NCBI GenBank assembly: GCA_963751345.1
Contig: CAVVUS010000011.1
Coordinates: 416,001-480,000, forward strand
From: an uncultured Chloroflexia bacterium
Lineage (GTDB): Bacteria; Chloroflexota; Anaerolineae; B4-G1; SLSP01
Direction: 5' to 3'
DNA: 64,000 bases
In this document: positions 10,965 to 22,799 of the stretch, one piece after another
How positions within the stretch are numbered: the first letter of the stretch is position 1
How the letters are laid out: each line of letters starts with the position of its first letter
The notes under the pieces: generated by a model
Told to the model about the DNA's origin: nothing
What the model saw: only the letters and a program-made list of their open reading frames with translations
Database searches by the model: none
Translations under genes and position numbers: made by a program

Positions 10965-13900
10965 GTGAACCAACAAGGCAATCGGGCCGCACGGCCTGGC
11001 ACCAGCAACCGGATGACGTTGATCGTGGCGGGGCTTCCTCTGCTCTTTCTCGCGCCCCTCCTCATCGGCCTGGGGTGGTACTACCTGGACGCCCATCGAG
11101 AGGACGCCTGGAGCCAGGCTGACCTCGCAACGCTGCAGGTGCGTCAGATCGTCAATGCCCTCACACCGTCTGTCGGTACGATCGAGGATGCGCTTGGCAT
11201 CACGGGTTATCTCGAGGAAACGGCCGGGAACGCGGCGGACTTCGACTTCATCGCCCTGGTGACCTACGATGGCACCGTTCTGGCGCACGCCAGTCCGCTG
11301 GCGCACGCCAGTCCGCTGGCGCATTCGCTCTCCGGCTACCAGGGGCTCAGGGTGGCGGAGTTGGCAAACCTCTACCAGGGGACGATCCCACGGGGCCCGG
11401 TTCAAGATCCCGGGGCTACGCCCACGAGCGGGGTTACCCGGCGCACCCTTCCCGGCGGAGATGTCTATCTCGTCTGGCGCGCCATGGCTATGCCGGGAGG
11501 CAGCGTCTCGGGTCCGGAGGGCCGGCTTTACATCGTGGTGGGTGAACCGGTAAGCGTCGTGGATCTGCCGGTTTACCCGTTCGTTATCGCGGGGGGAGTG
11601 GCCATCCTGGTGATCACCTTGATTGTCCATATGACACTCCGCCTGTTAGTGGTCGAGCCTTTAGGGAAACTCGCCGAGGGCGCTGTTCGCATCGGTGCTG
11701 GAGATCTGGCGCACACGATTCAGTTGGACCGCAAAGATGAGTTCGGGTTCGTTGCCCGTGCTCTTAATGATCTATCCGGCAGGTTTGGGGTCGCCGTATC
11801 AAGCTTGGAGCGTACCGTCGCGTCGCGCACGGCCGAGCTGGAGCGCCGAAACACGCAGCTTCGTGCGGTGAGCCTCGTTGCGCAAGAAGCCACGCGAGAA
11901 CGCGACGTGAACTCGCTGTTGACGACGGCGGCCAGTGCGATCTCCGACAACTTCGGATACTACCACACAGGCGTTTTCCTCGTCGATGACGCAGGGGAGT
12001 GGGCCATCCTGCGGAGTGCCTCGTCGGAGGGCGGCAAGCGAATGCTCAGCCGGGGACATCGGCTGAGGGTCGGACAGGTGGGTATCGTCGGCTACGTGGC
12101 GGCGCGCGGCAAACCGCGTGTCGCCTCGATGGTGGACAAGGACGAGGTTTGGTTCGATAACCCGGATCTTCCCGAGACCCGGTCCGAGCTTGCGCTTCCG
12201 CTGCTCGCGCGACGCCAATCTGCCGGCGCTCGCCAGGCCGATGGCGCTCGCCAGGCTGCTGGCGCTCGCCAGGCTGCTGGCGCCTTACCCTCCGTCATCG
12301 GCGTGCTCGATGTCCAGAGCGTTGAGATGGCAGCGTTCACGGAGAGTGACATTGCCACGTTGCAGCTCATGGCAGATCAACTGGCCGTGGCCCTCAACAA
12401 TGCCCAGGCCAATGACCTAATGGAAATGGCTCTGGCGGAGCTGCGTGATCTGCAGGTTGACTATGGCCAGAGGGGTTGGGCAAGGGTCGCACGGCGCATG
12501 CGCCCGATGGCCTATGAGTACGATCGTGCCTCCACGGTGCCGGTGCCCCCTGTTCCTATACCTCCCGATCTGGCGGAGGGCCGGATCTTGTCCGGCGTGG
12601 TGATGGATGGGGGAGTCCCCACGATCCTGGAGGCGCTTCGCGTTGGAGACCGGACGCTCGGGTACCTGGGTCTGACCGACGCCAACCGGGTCTGGGCGGA
12701 GGACGAGCTGGCCCTCGTCAGAAGCGTCGGCGAGCAGGTGGCCCTGGCGCTCGACAATGCGCGGCTGTTCGAAGACACCCAGCGCAGCGAGCGCCAGCAG
12801 TATCTGATCAGCCGCATTCTGCAGGCGGCTGCGGCGCCTCGGACGGCGGAAGCGCCTCAGACGGCGGAAGCGCCTCAGACGGCGGAGGCGCCTCAGACGG
12901 CGGAGACCGAGACGGGACAGCGCCCCGTCTCCGCGACCGCCGGCGATGGCCGGGAGCCGCAGGCGGCAACGGTGCTGCGTGAGATCGCGCGAGTACTGGC
13001 CCAGGGACTCAATATGGCGGTGGTGATCTTCACCTTCCCCAATCCGGGACGCCCCGTAGTTAGGTCGCACGCCGTCATCGACCCCAGCGGCGAAAGGCTG
13101 CCGCTCTTTGAAGAGGATCTGACGCTATCACCTGAGCATTTCTATTTCTTCCATGGTCTGGCAGATCCGGAGTTGGGGCCTCTGGCTCCACTCTTGGAGG
13201 GCTCGGATACTCTCCGTCGGCATCGTGCCGATCCCGCTGCCTCTCAGCCGGACGACAGCTATCTTGGAGCGTTGGACCGTTTCGACACCGATCGCGTGCT
13301 CTATGTGCCGATCGCCCAGATCTCGCAGAGTCGCATCCGCGAGGGCTTGAATGTGGCAGCGTCGCGAGCGACGGCAAGTCGCAGCGGTTTCATCGCCCTG
13401 ATCCCGGTGCGCGACGCTCCTCCGGTGGATCCCGACACTCGTGAGTTGGCCCAGGATCTCGCCAACCAGGTCGCCGTGGTCCTGGAGAACCTGAACCTGT
13501 CCGAGGAGACCCGTCAGCGTTCGGAGGAGTTGCGCGAGCTTTATCGGATCTCGCTGGAGCTCGCCGAGATCCTTGAGCCCGGGGAGGTGCTTGCCCGCCT
13601 GATGGTCCGGGGCACGGCCCTTCTGGGAGCAGACGCTGCCAATCTCTGGATCTATGACGCTGATGCGGGTGGGCTGGTGCCGGCGTCTCGATCACGTTCG
13701 TTGGGACGCAGAAGACGGGGACGCGGCGCGAGCATACCGACGGCGAGGGAAGGGTACCCGCGGCGCCGGTTGTCCGTCCGATTCGGTTGGGACGCGACTT
13801 GGCGGACGAGGCGCTCGACCGGCAGCAGACGGTCTACACGCCCGATGTCGCCGCGCAGGGAGAGTTGAGTGATGCCGCAGGGCCGTTCCGATCCTTGATG

Positions 13901-16003
13901 GCAATCCCCTTGTCGGGCGGCTGGGTCCCCTGGGTGTGCTCGTGGTTATGTCGGAGGAGACAGGGGCCTTTGGCCCGCGAGACGCGGGACTTGCCGGCCT
14001 CTTCTCGGCTCAGGCGGCGGCGGCCCTCGAGAACGCGCGCCTCAATCGGGAGGCTCAGCGACGGGCTGAGGAGTTCTCTCAGCTCTACGATGCAGGCATC
14101 GACCTCATCACGATCCTCGATGTCGAGGATCTCCTGAACAGATCTGCCGACTGGGCCCGGCGTGTGTTCGCTGCCGAGCGGGCGGTCGTCTTTCTGCGAT
14201 CTCCCGGCCGGGGCGCCGGACGATATCTGCGCGGGCAGATGGCGGATGGGGCGCAGAATCTGTTCGATCCGGAGACAGACCAGCCCAGCTCTGATGGGCT
14301 AACCGAGCATATCATCACTACGAACAAGAGCATCATTGTACGGGACAACCGCGAATCACCGCTGCCCAGTGCGGCACGCCTGGTCGAAGCCGGGCTGTTC
14401 TCGCAAATGGGGACGCCCCTGCGCGTCGGCGATGAGGTGATTGGCGCGCTATTTGTGAATGGGGCGGAGGCGGACCGGTACGGTGACCGGGATCTGAATC
14501 TCCTGGAGTTCCTGGCGACGCAGATCTCTTCCGCGCTGCAGAACGCCATCCAGTTCGGCCAGACCGAGCACGCGTTGGCGCTCGTGGGGCGACAGGCACG
14601 CTACCAGACCAACGTCTCTCAAGCGGTGGCATTGCTCAACGAGCTGGGCACCGATGCCGGTCCCGACGTGCTGCGGCTCGTTGGAGAGGCCGCGGGGGCA
14701 CAGGAGGTGCTCTACTACACGGCCGGCCAGGGTCGCTGATGGGTCAGAGAATGGCGACGTTGAGGGCGTCGTCTGGCGGCTGAAGAGTGCCTGGGTTGCT
14801 GAGAGGGTAGATAGCCCGTCGCCGGTGACCTCGCCATCAGGTCTCCTCTCGGCGAAGGATTTCCCACGCTGGCGGAGGTCTCTGGAGGAGGAGGGCTACT
14901 GGGCCTCGAACGGGGCCGGTCGATCTCCCGCGTCTCCCTTCGACGCTGCGCTGTGCCTGGGTCTGGCCGTGCCGGCGGAGGGTTCGTGTCCGGGCTTTCT
15001 CGCTCTGCTGAGTGACGGCGATGTGCCGTGGGAGAAGCAGGACATCGTCGCGCTGCAGACGGTGGCGGCTGCTTTCTCCAACACGTCGGCGCGGGAAGCG
15101 CTTTTCCGGCAGGTTGAATCCACGCTTAGCGAGACGGATGCCCTGTACAGGGGCAGCGCAGCTTTGAGCGAGGCCCGCACCTACGACGCCATTCTGGAGA
15201 CCCTGTTGCAGCATACCGTTCTCGGTGAGGGTTCGCAGAGAGCCACGCTTGAGCTGTTCGACCGGCCGTGGGCCGAGGCTACGGTGCCCGAGCCCTACAC
15301 CCGCCGCCCTGCCGAGGAGGGCCAGGCGACAGGGATACCTCAGGACTCGGAAATCGTGGCCTACTGGCCTATGGGTGAGAGCATTGAGATACGCGCACGA
15401 TACGCCGGGCGCAAGTTCCGGGCGCTCTTGCGCGCGCTGGAAGCAGGCGCACCCGTCTTCATAGAGGACCTTGGGAAGGTTGGGCTGGATCGTCCCCATA
15501 CAGACGAGCCTCCTGACCCCGCGCGCGAATCGCTCGTGCTGGACCGAAGGGCACTGGCCCTGTTTCGGAGGGCGCTGGGGGCGGAGAGCGTCATCTTTGT
15601 GCCGCTCACCGTGGGAGGCCAGAAGATCGGGTTCCTGCACGCCGACTATGCTTCTCCCCGGACGTTCTCGGATGCGGCGCGACGTCGTCTGGTCAGCCTG
15701 GCACAACAGGCGTCCGTCGCGGTCCTCAACCTGCGGCAGCTTCGCGAGACCGAGGCCCGCGTGAGGAGAGAGCAGTTGATCCGCCGGATTACGGGTCAGA
15801 TCCAGGAGGCCCCGGACGTGGAGGGCGTTCTGAAGACCGCGGTGATGGAGCTTGGGCGAGCCTTCGGGACACCGCGGGGCCGGATCCTGTTCCGGGAGCC
15901 CGAGACGGCCCACCGGGGTATCTCGACAGCGGATACGGACCCGGGTGGTGGTGGCGGGCCGAGCCAGCCCGATGACAAGCGCGGGAAGGGCACCGATTTA
16001 TGA
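10965..16003 (+). CDS. Large 2TM-HAMP multi-GAF protein without output domain, half-GAF tail; several frameshifts (about 13680-13790, 13930, 14730)
   Basis: ORFs 10827-13868, 13787-14137, 13936-14739 and 14654-16003 form a continuous GAF series. HAMP RKDEFGFVARALN; ends PDVEGVLKTAVMELGRAFGTPRGRIL. Confidence 0.75.
11280..11323 (+). repeat. 18-nt tandem repeat x2.5 (CTGGCGCACGCCAGTCCG; LAHASP)
   Basis: Read directly. Confidence 0.8.
12225..12283 (+). repeat. 18-nt tandem repeat x3 (GGCGCTCGCCAGGCTGCT; GARQAA) in the GAF beta-hairpin loop
   Basis: Units at 12225, 12243 and 12261, between ALPL and VIGVLD. Confidence 0.85.
12834..12905 (+). repeat. 18-nt tandem minisatellite x4 (GCGCCTCAGACGGCGGAA/G; APQTAE)
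   Basis: Units at 12834, 12852, 12870 and 12888. Confidence 0.9.
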
Positions 16004-19000
16004 AGCGCGCGAGCAGAAGCCGGGCCGTGCTTCTCGATGAGGTGAGAGACCTTCGGGAGCAGCTTGCCACGTTCTCGGGAGATGATCTGGCGACCACCGT
16101 CCGGCTGGTCCAGCCACTCATCGATGCAATACCGAACCCGATCTACTACAAAGCCGCGAACGGCGTCTACCTGGGCTGTAACGCTGCCTTTGCCAGGGAT
16201 GTGCTGGGGATAACCCGGGATAGGATTGTTGGCTGCACCGTAGCCGATCTGGCCGACGCGGTCCCTGCGGAGCTTGGCGACCTGCACGACAGGCAGGACA
16301 TCGCCCTTATGGCCTCGCACGGGACGCAGGTGTTTGAGGCGCCTGTCAGGTTCGCCGATGGATCTGAGCGTGACGTCCTCTTCAGCAAGGCCGTGCTTGA
16401 GGGGCCCACGGGCGGGATTGCCGGTATGGTAGGGGTTATGGTCGACGTGAGTGCCTACAAGTCGCAGGAGACCGGGCGCGACGCCGATCTGCTCGATGCA
16501 CAGCGACGGGCCACGCGTCTGCAGGTGGCCGCCGAGATCTCGCGGGCTGCATCCTCACTGCTTAGCCTTGATGAGCTGCTCCCGAAGTCCGTGAATCTCA
16601 TTCGCGATCGCTTTGACTTCTACTACGCCGGCATCTTCCTGCTCGATGAGCTCTCCGAATGGGCAGTTCTGCGCGCCGGAACCGGCGAGGCCGGCAGCAA
16701 GATGCTGGCTGCCGGGCATCGGCTGCTGCGCGGCGGCGATTCGATGATCGGCCAGTGCGTGGCCACCGCCGAGCCCCGCATCTCGCTTGACGTCGGCGAA
16801 GTGGAGACCCGCTTCGATAATCCCCTCCTTCCGGAGACGCGCTCGGAGATGGCGCTTCCCCTCATCAGCCGGAACAGGGTGATCGGAGCGATGACGATCC
16901 AGTCCGACCAGGCGGGCGCCTTTGCCGAGGAGGATATCACGGTCCTGCAGACGATGGCCGACCAGCTTGCCAACGCCATCCAGAACGCGCATCTCTTCGA
17001 GCAGATGGATGAGGCGGTCCGTGAGAACGAGATGCTCTATAACGTGAGTACCGCCGTCGGGGACGCCCGGTCACTGGAAGGCGTGCTGCAGGCGGCAGTC
17101 GACGTAGCGGCCTTCCTGGCGATGGACAGTGCTGCGCTCTGGACGTTCACGCGCTGGGATGCAGAAGGCGTGCCTGTGGCGGCAGATGTGCATACGGAGA
17201 CCTTGCGCCAGGCCGGAGCCGCGGATTTCCAGGAAGAGCAGGGCATAGCCTTCGACCGGGATCTGTATGGCTGGCTGTTTGCCGATCCCAGGCGCATCCA
17301 CGCTTACGCGGACCTGGGCGAATCGGCGGACCTGCAGGTCGTTGCGGGGGCAGCACCTGAGCTTCCCCCCCGGCAATCCTGGACCCCATGCGGCGTCAGG
17401 GGAATCGCAGCCTGATCGCCGCCGTGCTGGTCTCGCGGGAAAGACACCAGGGCGTCCTGATGTTGTATGGCCCCCAACCCCTCAAGGCGCTCCCCGATCA
17501 TCACGTCCAGGTGTTCGCTCGGTCGCTGGCCGATCAGGTGGCTTCGGTCCTGGACCGCCATGCGCTAGCTGCGGAGGCGGCGCGGCGGGCGTCGCAATTG
17601 GCCGCAGCGGCTGAAGTCTCGCGCGCCCTCTCGGCATACCTCGACTTGGAGCAGTTGCTGTCGGTGGCTACGTCACTCATCCAGGATCGTTTGGGAGTGG
17701 CCTACGTGGGTGTCTACGTGCAAGGGGAGGCGATCGGGACTGCGCCTGCCGGCCTGGATTTGCGGGCCGGGAGCGGCGACACAGCAGGCCGGTGGGATCC
17801 CGAAAATCCCCCTGCCTGGATCGGCAGATCCATCGGCGAACGCCGAGTCATGCGCAGCAGCTCGCCGCACTCGGAGAAGGCGAGCCGGGCGTGGGGAGCC
17901 ACGCCGAGCCTTGCAGCCCTCCCGCTTATCAGCCACGGCGAGGCGGTCGGTGTCGTAGTCATTGAGGCTGCGACTTCGGCGGCGCTCGACGACAATGATG
18001 TGGCGATCTATGCGACGCTTGCCGATCACCTGGCCAATGCGATTGTCAATGCCCGGCTGTTCGCGTCCTCCCAGGCGAGCCTCGAAGAGCTGCGTCGCCT
18101 GCAGCAGCAGTACGCTATGGGTATGTGGCGAGACTACTTGGCGCATCAGGAAGTCCTCGGCTATGCCTATGATCGTGAGGAGATTCTGCCGGTGGAAATC
18201 CCGGGTGCGACGGAGGGAGATGAGAGCCCGGAGCTCGCAGCAGCCGGGTCGTGGGAGCGGACCCTCGAACGTCCCCTGCATATCCGGGGCGAGACCGTCG
18301 GGGTGATGAGCTTCGGCGCCCCAGACGGCGTCGGCGACGCCGGAAACCCCGCCGGCGTGGTCAGAAGACCAGGTCGCGGTGCTGGAGGCCGTCCGTGAGC
18401 AGCTCGAATTGGCCCTGGAGAACCGGCTATTGATGGACCGTTCGCAGCGCTCGCTGGCGGAGACGAGGGCGCTCTATCGGATCGCCCAGCAGATCACCGA
18501 CGCCCGCGACACGACATCCGTCTTGCGGGCCGCAGTAGGGGGCATCTCCGTTCGTCAGTCTGAGGATACGGCGGTCGGGCCGGACTACGTCATAGCAGCG
18601 CTGCTTGAGCCCCGGACCGGCCCGAACAGGCTTCGCATCGTAGCCTCGCAAAGTCGCTCCGGCGACCCTGCACCGGTGGATGGCCTTTATTTCGATGATG
18701 TCCGCCGGTTCTATGAGGTGCTGCGCATCGAGGACCGGTTCATCACGCCGGATGTGAGCGGGAATCCTCTGTTCGGGGAGGGCATGCGGCGCTTCTTCGA
18801 GGAGTTGGGCATTCGTGCGACGGCGGCGTTTCCGCTGAGGGTTCGTGACGCCTACTATGGCACGATGATGGTCCACAGCGAGAGCGTTCGGGAGTTCACG
18901 GCCGCCGAGCTGAGCTTCTATGAGAATGTGGCGCGGCAGGCCTCGGTGGCGCTCGACAACCTCAGCCTTGTGGATGTCACCCGCGCGCAGGCCGAGCGTC

Positions 19001-21093
19001 GCGACATTCTGAACCAAGTTCTGCGTATCGCTTCGGCTTCCCTGGATCAGGCCACGATCGTCGGCGATGTCGGCGAGGCGCTCTCCCGGCGGCTGGATCG
19101 AGCCGTGTTGACGTGGGAGCACACCAGGACCTCAACCCGCCCGATATCGGCACACGAGGCCGGCGGCCGACGTATACCGTTTGAGATGTTAGACACCCAG
19201 GTCGTCGGGCCCGGTTGGCTCCCGGTGGCGGAACTGTGCTCGGCATGTGGCCGAAGGGGGCGAGCCGGCGATGTTGCGCCTTCGTGAGTCCGCAGAAGAC
19301 GGGGAACTGCCCCGTCTCTACAGTGGAGAAGGGGCACCAGATGGAGCACCGCCCAATCTACTCCTGGATCTAGTCGATGCGTATGCCGTGCCCCTCGCCG
19401 CGCGCGATACGGTCTACGGCGCGATCGTTCTCGGACGCCAGAACGGCCAGGAGCCCCTCGACGACCTGGAGTGCGAGTTGCTGCAGGTGGTGGGCACCAG
19501 TGTCGGCACGGCTCTGGAGACTGCAGCACTCTATCGGGATGCCCAGGAGACGGCTGTCAAGCTCAAGGAAGTCGACGACCTTAAGAACCAGTTCATGGCG
19601 AACATGTCCCACGAGCTGCGGACGCCGCTGAACTCTATCATTGGATTCTCCCGGGTGATGATCAAGGGCATCGATGGGCCGCTGACCGACATGCAGGAGA
19701 CGGACCTGAACGCGATCTATGACAGTGGGCGTCACCTGCTGAATCTGATCAACGATATCCTCGACATCTCCAAGATCAATGCCGGCAAAATGGAGATCAT
19801 CTTCGAGGCCATCGACCTGCGGGAGATGGTGCAGAGCGTTATGTCGACGGCCCTCGGTTTCGTCAAAGATCAGCCGATTGCCCTGCTGACCGACATACCG
19901 GATGACTTGCCACTCGTCGTGGCCGATTCACGCCGGATTCGACAGGTGCTCATCAACTTGCTGGGCAACGCGGGCAAGTTCACCGACAAGGGCTTCATCA
20001 AGGTGTCGGCTACCTACGACGACTACCAGGTAATCGTCAGCGTCCAGGATACCGGGATTGGCATCCCGCCCGACCGGATCCACGCCGTTTTCGAGCAGTT
20101 CGAGCAGGTCGACTCTACTTCGACGCGGCGCTATGGCGGTACGGGACTGGGCATTCCCCTTAGCCGGGAGTTCGTCCTCATGCACGGCGGCGATATGTGG
20201 ATCCAGGAGACCGTGGTCGGCCAGGGCACGATCTTCTGCTTTTCCCTGCCTCTCGGCGGACCCGAGGTCCGGCCTGAGGAGAACCGCCAGGAGGGGCTCA
20301 GCTTCATTCCGGCGCCGGTCTGCCCGGGAATCGAGGTGGGGTCTCCAAGGTTGTTCTCACGGTCGACGACGATGCGGGCGTCGTGACACTGTTCCGCCGT
20401 TACCTGGAGAAACAGGGGTATCGCGTCTTTGGCCTTACGAATGGGACGCGCGTGGTAGACGAGGCCAGGCGCCTCAGACCGTATGCGATCACGCTCGATG
20501 TCGTTATGCAGGATGAGGATGGGTGGTCCATCCTGGAGAGTCTCAAGGCGGATCCGGAGACGCGCGACATCCCAATCATCCTGTGCTCCATCCTTGGCGA
20601 CAAGCACAAGGGGCTGAGCATGGGGGTTGCTGACTATCTGGTCAAGCCGATCACCGAGCAGGATCTGCTTGAGTCGCTGGCTCGACTGGACACAGGATCT
20701 GGCCGCGGGCACGTGCTCCTCGTCGACGACAATGCTGGGGACAGGAAGTTGTGGCGGCGCATCCTCGAGGATGCCGGCTATCAGGTCGTTGAGGCCGGTG
20801 GCGGCGCTGCTGCAATCGACCACATTCACACAGCGCGCCCATCCGCAGTCGTTCTGGACTTGATGATGCCGGAGGTCGATGGGTTCCAGGTACTGGAGCA
20901 GCTTAAGGCAGACCCGAACACGCGTCAGGTGCCCGTCATCGTGGTCACCGCGAAGGACCTTGGGACAGAGGAACGTAGCAGGCTGCAGTTGCGAACCGTG
21001 GCGCTGCTACAGAAAGGGTTGTTCGATCAACAGCAACTCCTGGCCGACGTCGCCTCTGCGCTTGCTCGCGCCGACCATGCTCGGGTCACCTGA
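16000..21093 (+). CDS. Cytoplasmic hybrid histidine kinase: PAS, multiple GAF, HisKA, HATPase, two REC domains; frameshifts near 17370, 18350, 19240, 20340
   Basis: ORFs 16000-17415 (PAS LIDAIPNPIYYK..YLGCN; GAF), 17388-18398, 18379-19287, 19247-20386 (MANMSHELRTPLN, NAGKFT, DTGIGI, GTGLG) and 20383-21093 (ITLDVVM; VDDN...LDLMMP). Confidence 0.85.
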
Positions 21094-21095
21094 TC

Positions 21096-21123
21096 TTGAC
21101 ACCCTTCTGCAGTACAGTACAAT
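21096..21123 (+). promoter_or_regulatory. sigma70-type promoter of the ferredoxin gene (TTGACA-N16-TACAAT)
   Basis: TTGACA 21096-21101 and TACAAT 21118-21123. AGGAGG RBS before the ATG at 21176. Confidence 0.7.
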
Positions 21124-21175
21124 GGTCACCGGTTAGCTTTGAGACAGTATTACCCATCTGATAGGAGGCGTATCG

Positions 21176-21442
21176 ATGACATATGCGATTACCCCGATCT
21201 GTGAGCGTGCCGGTCTGTGCGTGGACGTCTGTCCGACGGACTCGATCCACTTCGTGGATGGCGACAGCGATTGGCCCATCTACTACATCAATCCGGATAC
21301 CTGCATCGACTGCGGTGCGTGCGCGGCCGAGTGCCCCAACGAGGCGATTTTCGCCGACATGGACCTGCCCGCGCAGTATGAGAGCTACGTTGATGTCAAC
21401 GAGGCGTTCTACGCGAAGGGCCCCGGTGCAGCCCTGGTCTAG
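21176..21442 (+). CDS. Ferredoxin (7Fe-type dicluster)
   Basis: CX5CX3CP (CERAGLCVDVCP) and CIDCGACAAECP motifs; strong RBS. Confidence 0.92.
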   Translation: MTYAITPICERAGLCVDVCPTDSIHFVDGDSDWPIYYINPDTCIDCGACAAECPNEAIFADMDLPAQYESYVDVNEAFYAKGPGAALV

Positions 21443-21461
21443 GCAGTAGGGCGTTACTTAT

Positions 21462-21494
21462 ACGAGGCCGGCATCCGCCGGCCTCGTTTCTGTT
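21462..21494 (+). terminator. Intrinsic terminator after ferredoxin (convergent gene pair)
   Basis: ACGAGGCCGGC-ATCC-GCCGGCCTCGT followed by TTCTGTT. Confidence 0.75.
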
Positions 21495-21504
21495 GTGGCT
21501 GTCG

Positions 21505-22785
21505 CTAGAGTGCGTAGATCGGGCTGGCGAAGATCCAGCCCACTCTGCGCCCGAGGTATCTCCGGTAGACCTCCACCCGGTAGATCCCGGCCTCGGCGGA
21601 CGTGTACCTCATGCTTTGGCCGTTCACTCTCTGGATCACCCGTCCATCGCGACGGAGGTGGATCTCGCCCGGCGCCGGCAGCGTGATCGTCAGGTTGATG
21701 GCACCCAGTCGGCGTATTTCCTGACCGGGCACGGCGGATGCCGATCCGCTCTGCATCTGGCACCGGAAGCCCCGTGTCGAATGCGGGAGGTCGTAGCCCA
21801 CCCACGTGCGGCCTGAGCGGAGCGCATCATAGATCAGGGCCTTGTCATCCTCCACCTCACCTGAGAGCGGCGAGCTCGTCAAGATGTGGGTATTGACGCA
21901 CCGGAAGAGGTATTCGTACGGGAGCATCGTGCGCCGGAACGGCCCCAGCTTGTAGGTGGCGGCCCGAGCGTCTGCCCCGCCGAGGGCCGCGATGCGGTAT
22001 CCTTGCCCGAGGAGCTCGTCCCAGAGCCGGAGCGTCGAGCGATAGGGACCACGAATGCCCGCCGCAGGCCAATAGGCGTACGCCAGAGCGGCCAGCCTTG
22101 ACCAGAGCAGTCCCTTGAACTCCGACATGTAATTCCAGATCTCCATGCCGTGGATACCCTCCGGTGGCCACTCGGCCCACGTGGCGGGGTGACGTCGGAG
22201 CGGGGGTGACTCGCGGGGAATGGCGGTAAGAGTCGGGCTCATCGGGCTGCGATGCTCGATGGGATGCGCGATGTAACAGACGCCCTCGCGTTGCCTGCAG
22301 GCCTGGATCAGGCTCCGGGTGCCGCTGAATGCGTAGGGAGCCATCTCCTTCTCGGCGCCGTAGACGAGCAGGTGATCGGCCTGCGGCCTGCGGCGGACGT
22401 TATGTAGCTCCTCCCCGGTGAGAACGAGCGTCCCCCCGCGATAGCCTTCTGCGCCCTGGGGGCGCACGTTGTGGTCGGTGACGATCACGAAGTTTAGCTT
22501 GGCCGCCGCCGCCGCCGAAGCGATGCGGCCATAGCCGCCGGTCCCATCGGAGTAGACCGAGTGCACGTGCGGGTTGCCGGCATACTCGCGGTAAGTGTCC
22601 ATGTCGCTCCCGGCTCCACCTAGACCGTCGTCCACCCTTAATGCATCAGGAACCGCGGACTGCCGCGTCCGTCCAGGTTGTCGTGAACGACGGTCCGCGA
22701 TCGGGATGCGACCCGCCGTCGTGGCCGTCTCAACCAACGCCGAGAGCTCGCGCCAGAAGCGGGAAGACTCAGGGGCATTGTCCAT
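21505..22785 (-). CDS. PHP-domain metallohydrolase (CehA/McbA-like); alternative start at 22602
   Basis: HVHSVYSDG, VTDHN, YIAHP, GMEIWN and GGADA motifs. Confidence 0.85.
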   Translation of the reverse strand: MDNAPESSRFWRELSALVETATTAGRIPIADRRSRQPGRTRQSAVPDALRVDDGLGGAGSDMDTYREYAGNPHVHSVYSDGTGGYGRIASAAAAAKLNFVIVTDHNVRPQGAEGYRGGTLVLTGEELHNVRRRPQADHLLVYGAEKEMAPYAFSGTRSLIQACRQREGVCYIAHPIEHRSPMSPTLTAIPRESPPLRRHPATWAEWPPEGIHGMEIWNYMSEFKGLLWSRLAALAYAYWPAAGIRGPYRSTLRLWDELLGQGYRIAALGGADARAATYKLGPFRRTMLPYEYLFRCVNTHILTSSPLSGEVEDDKALIYDALRSGRTWVGYDLPHSTRGFRCQMQSGSASAVPGQEIRRLGAINLTITLPAPGEIHLRRDGRVIQRVNGQSMRYTSAEAGIYRVEVYRRYLGRRVGWIFASPIYAL

Positions 22786-22799
22786 ACATCATTCCTGCA

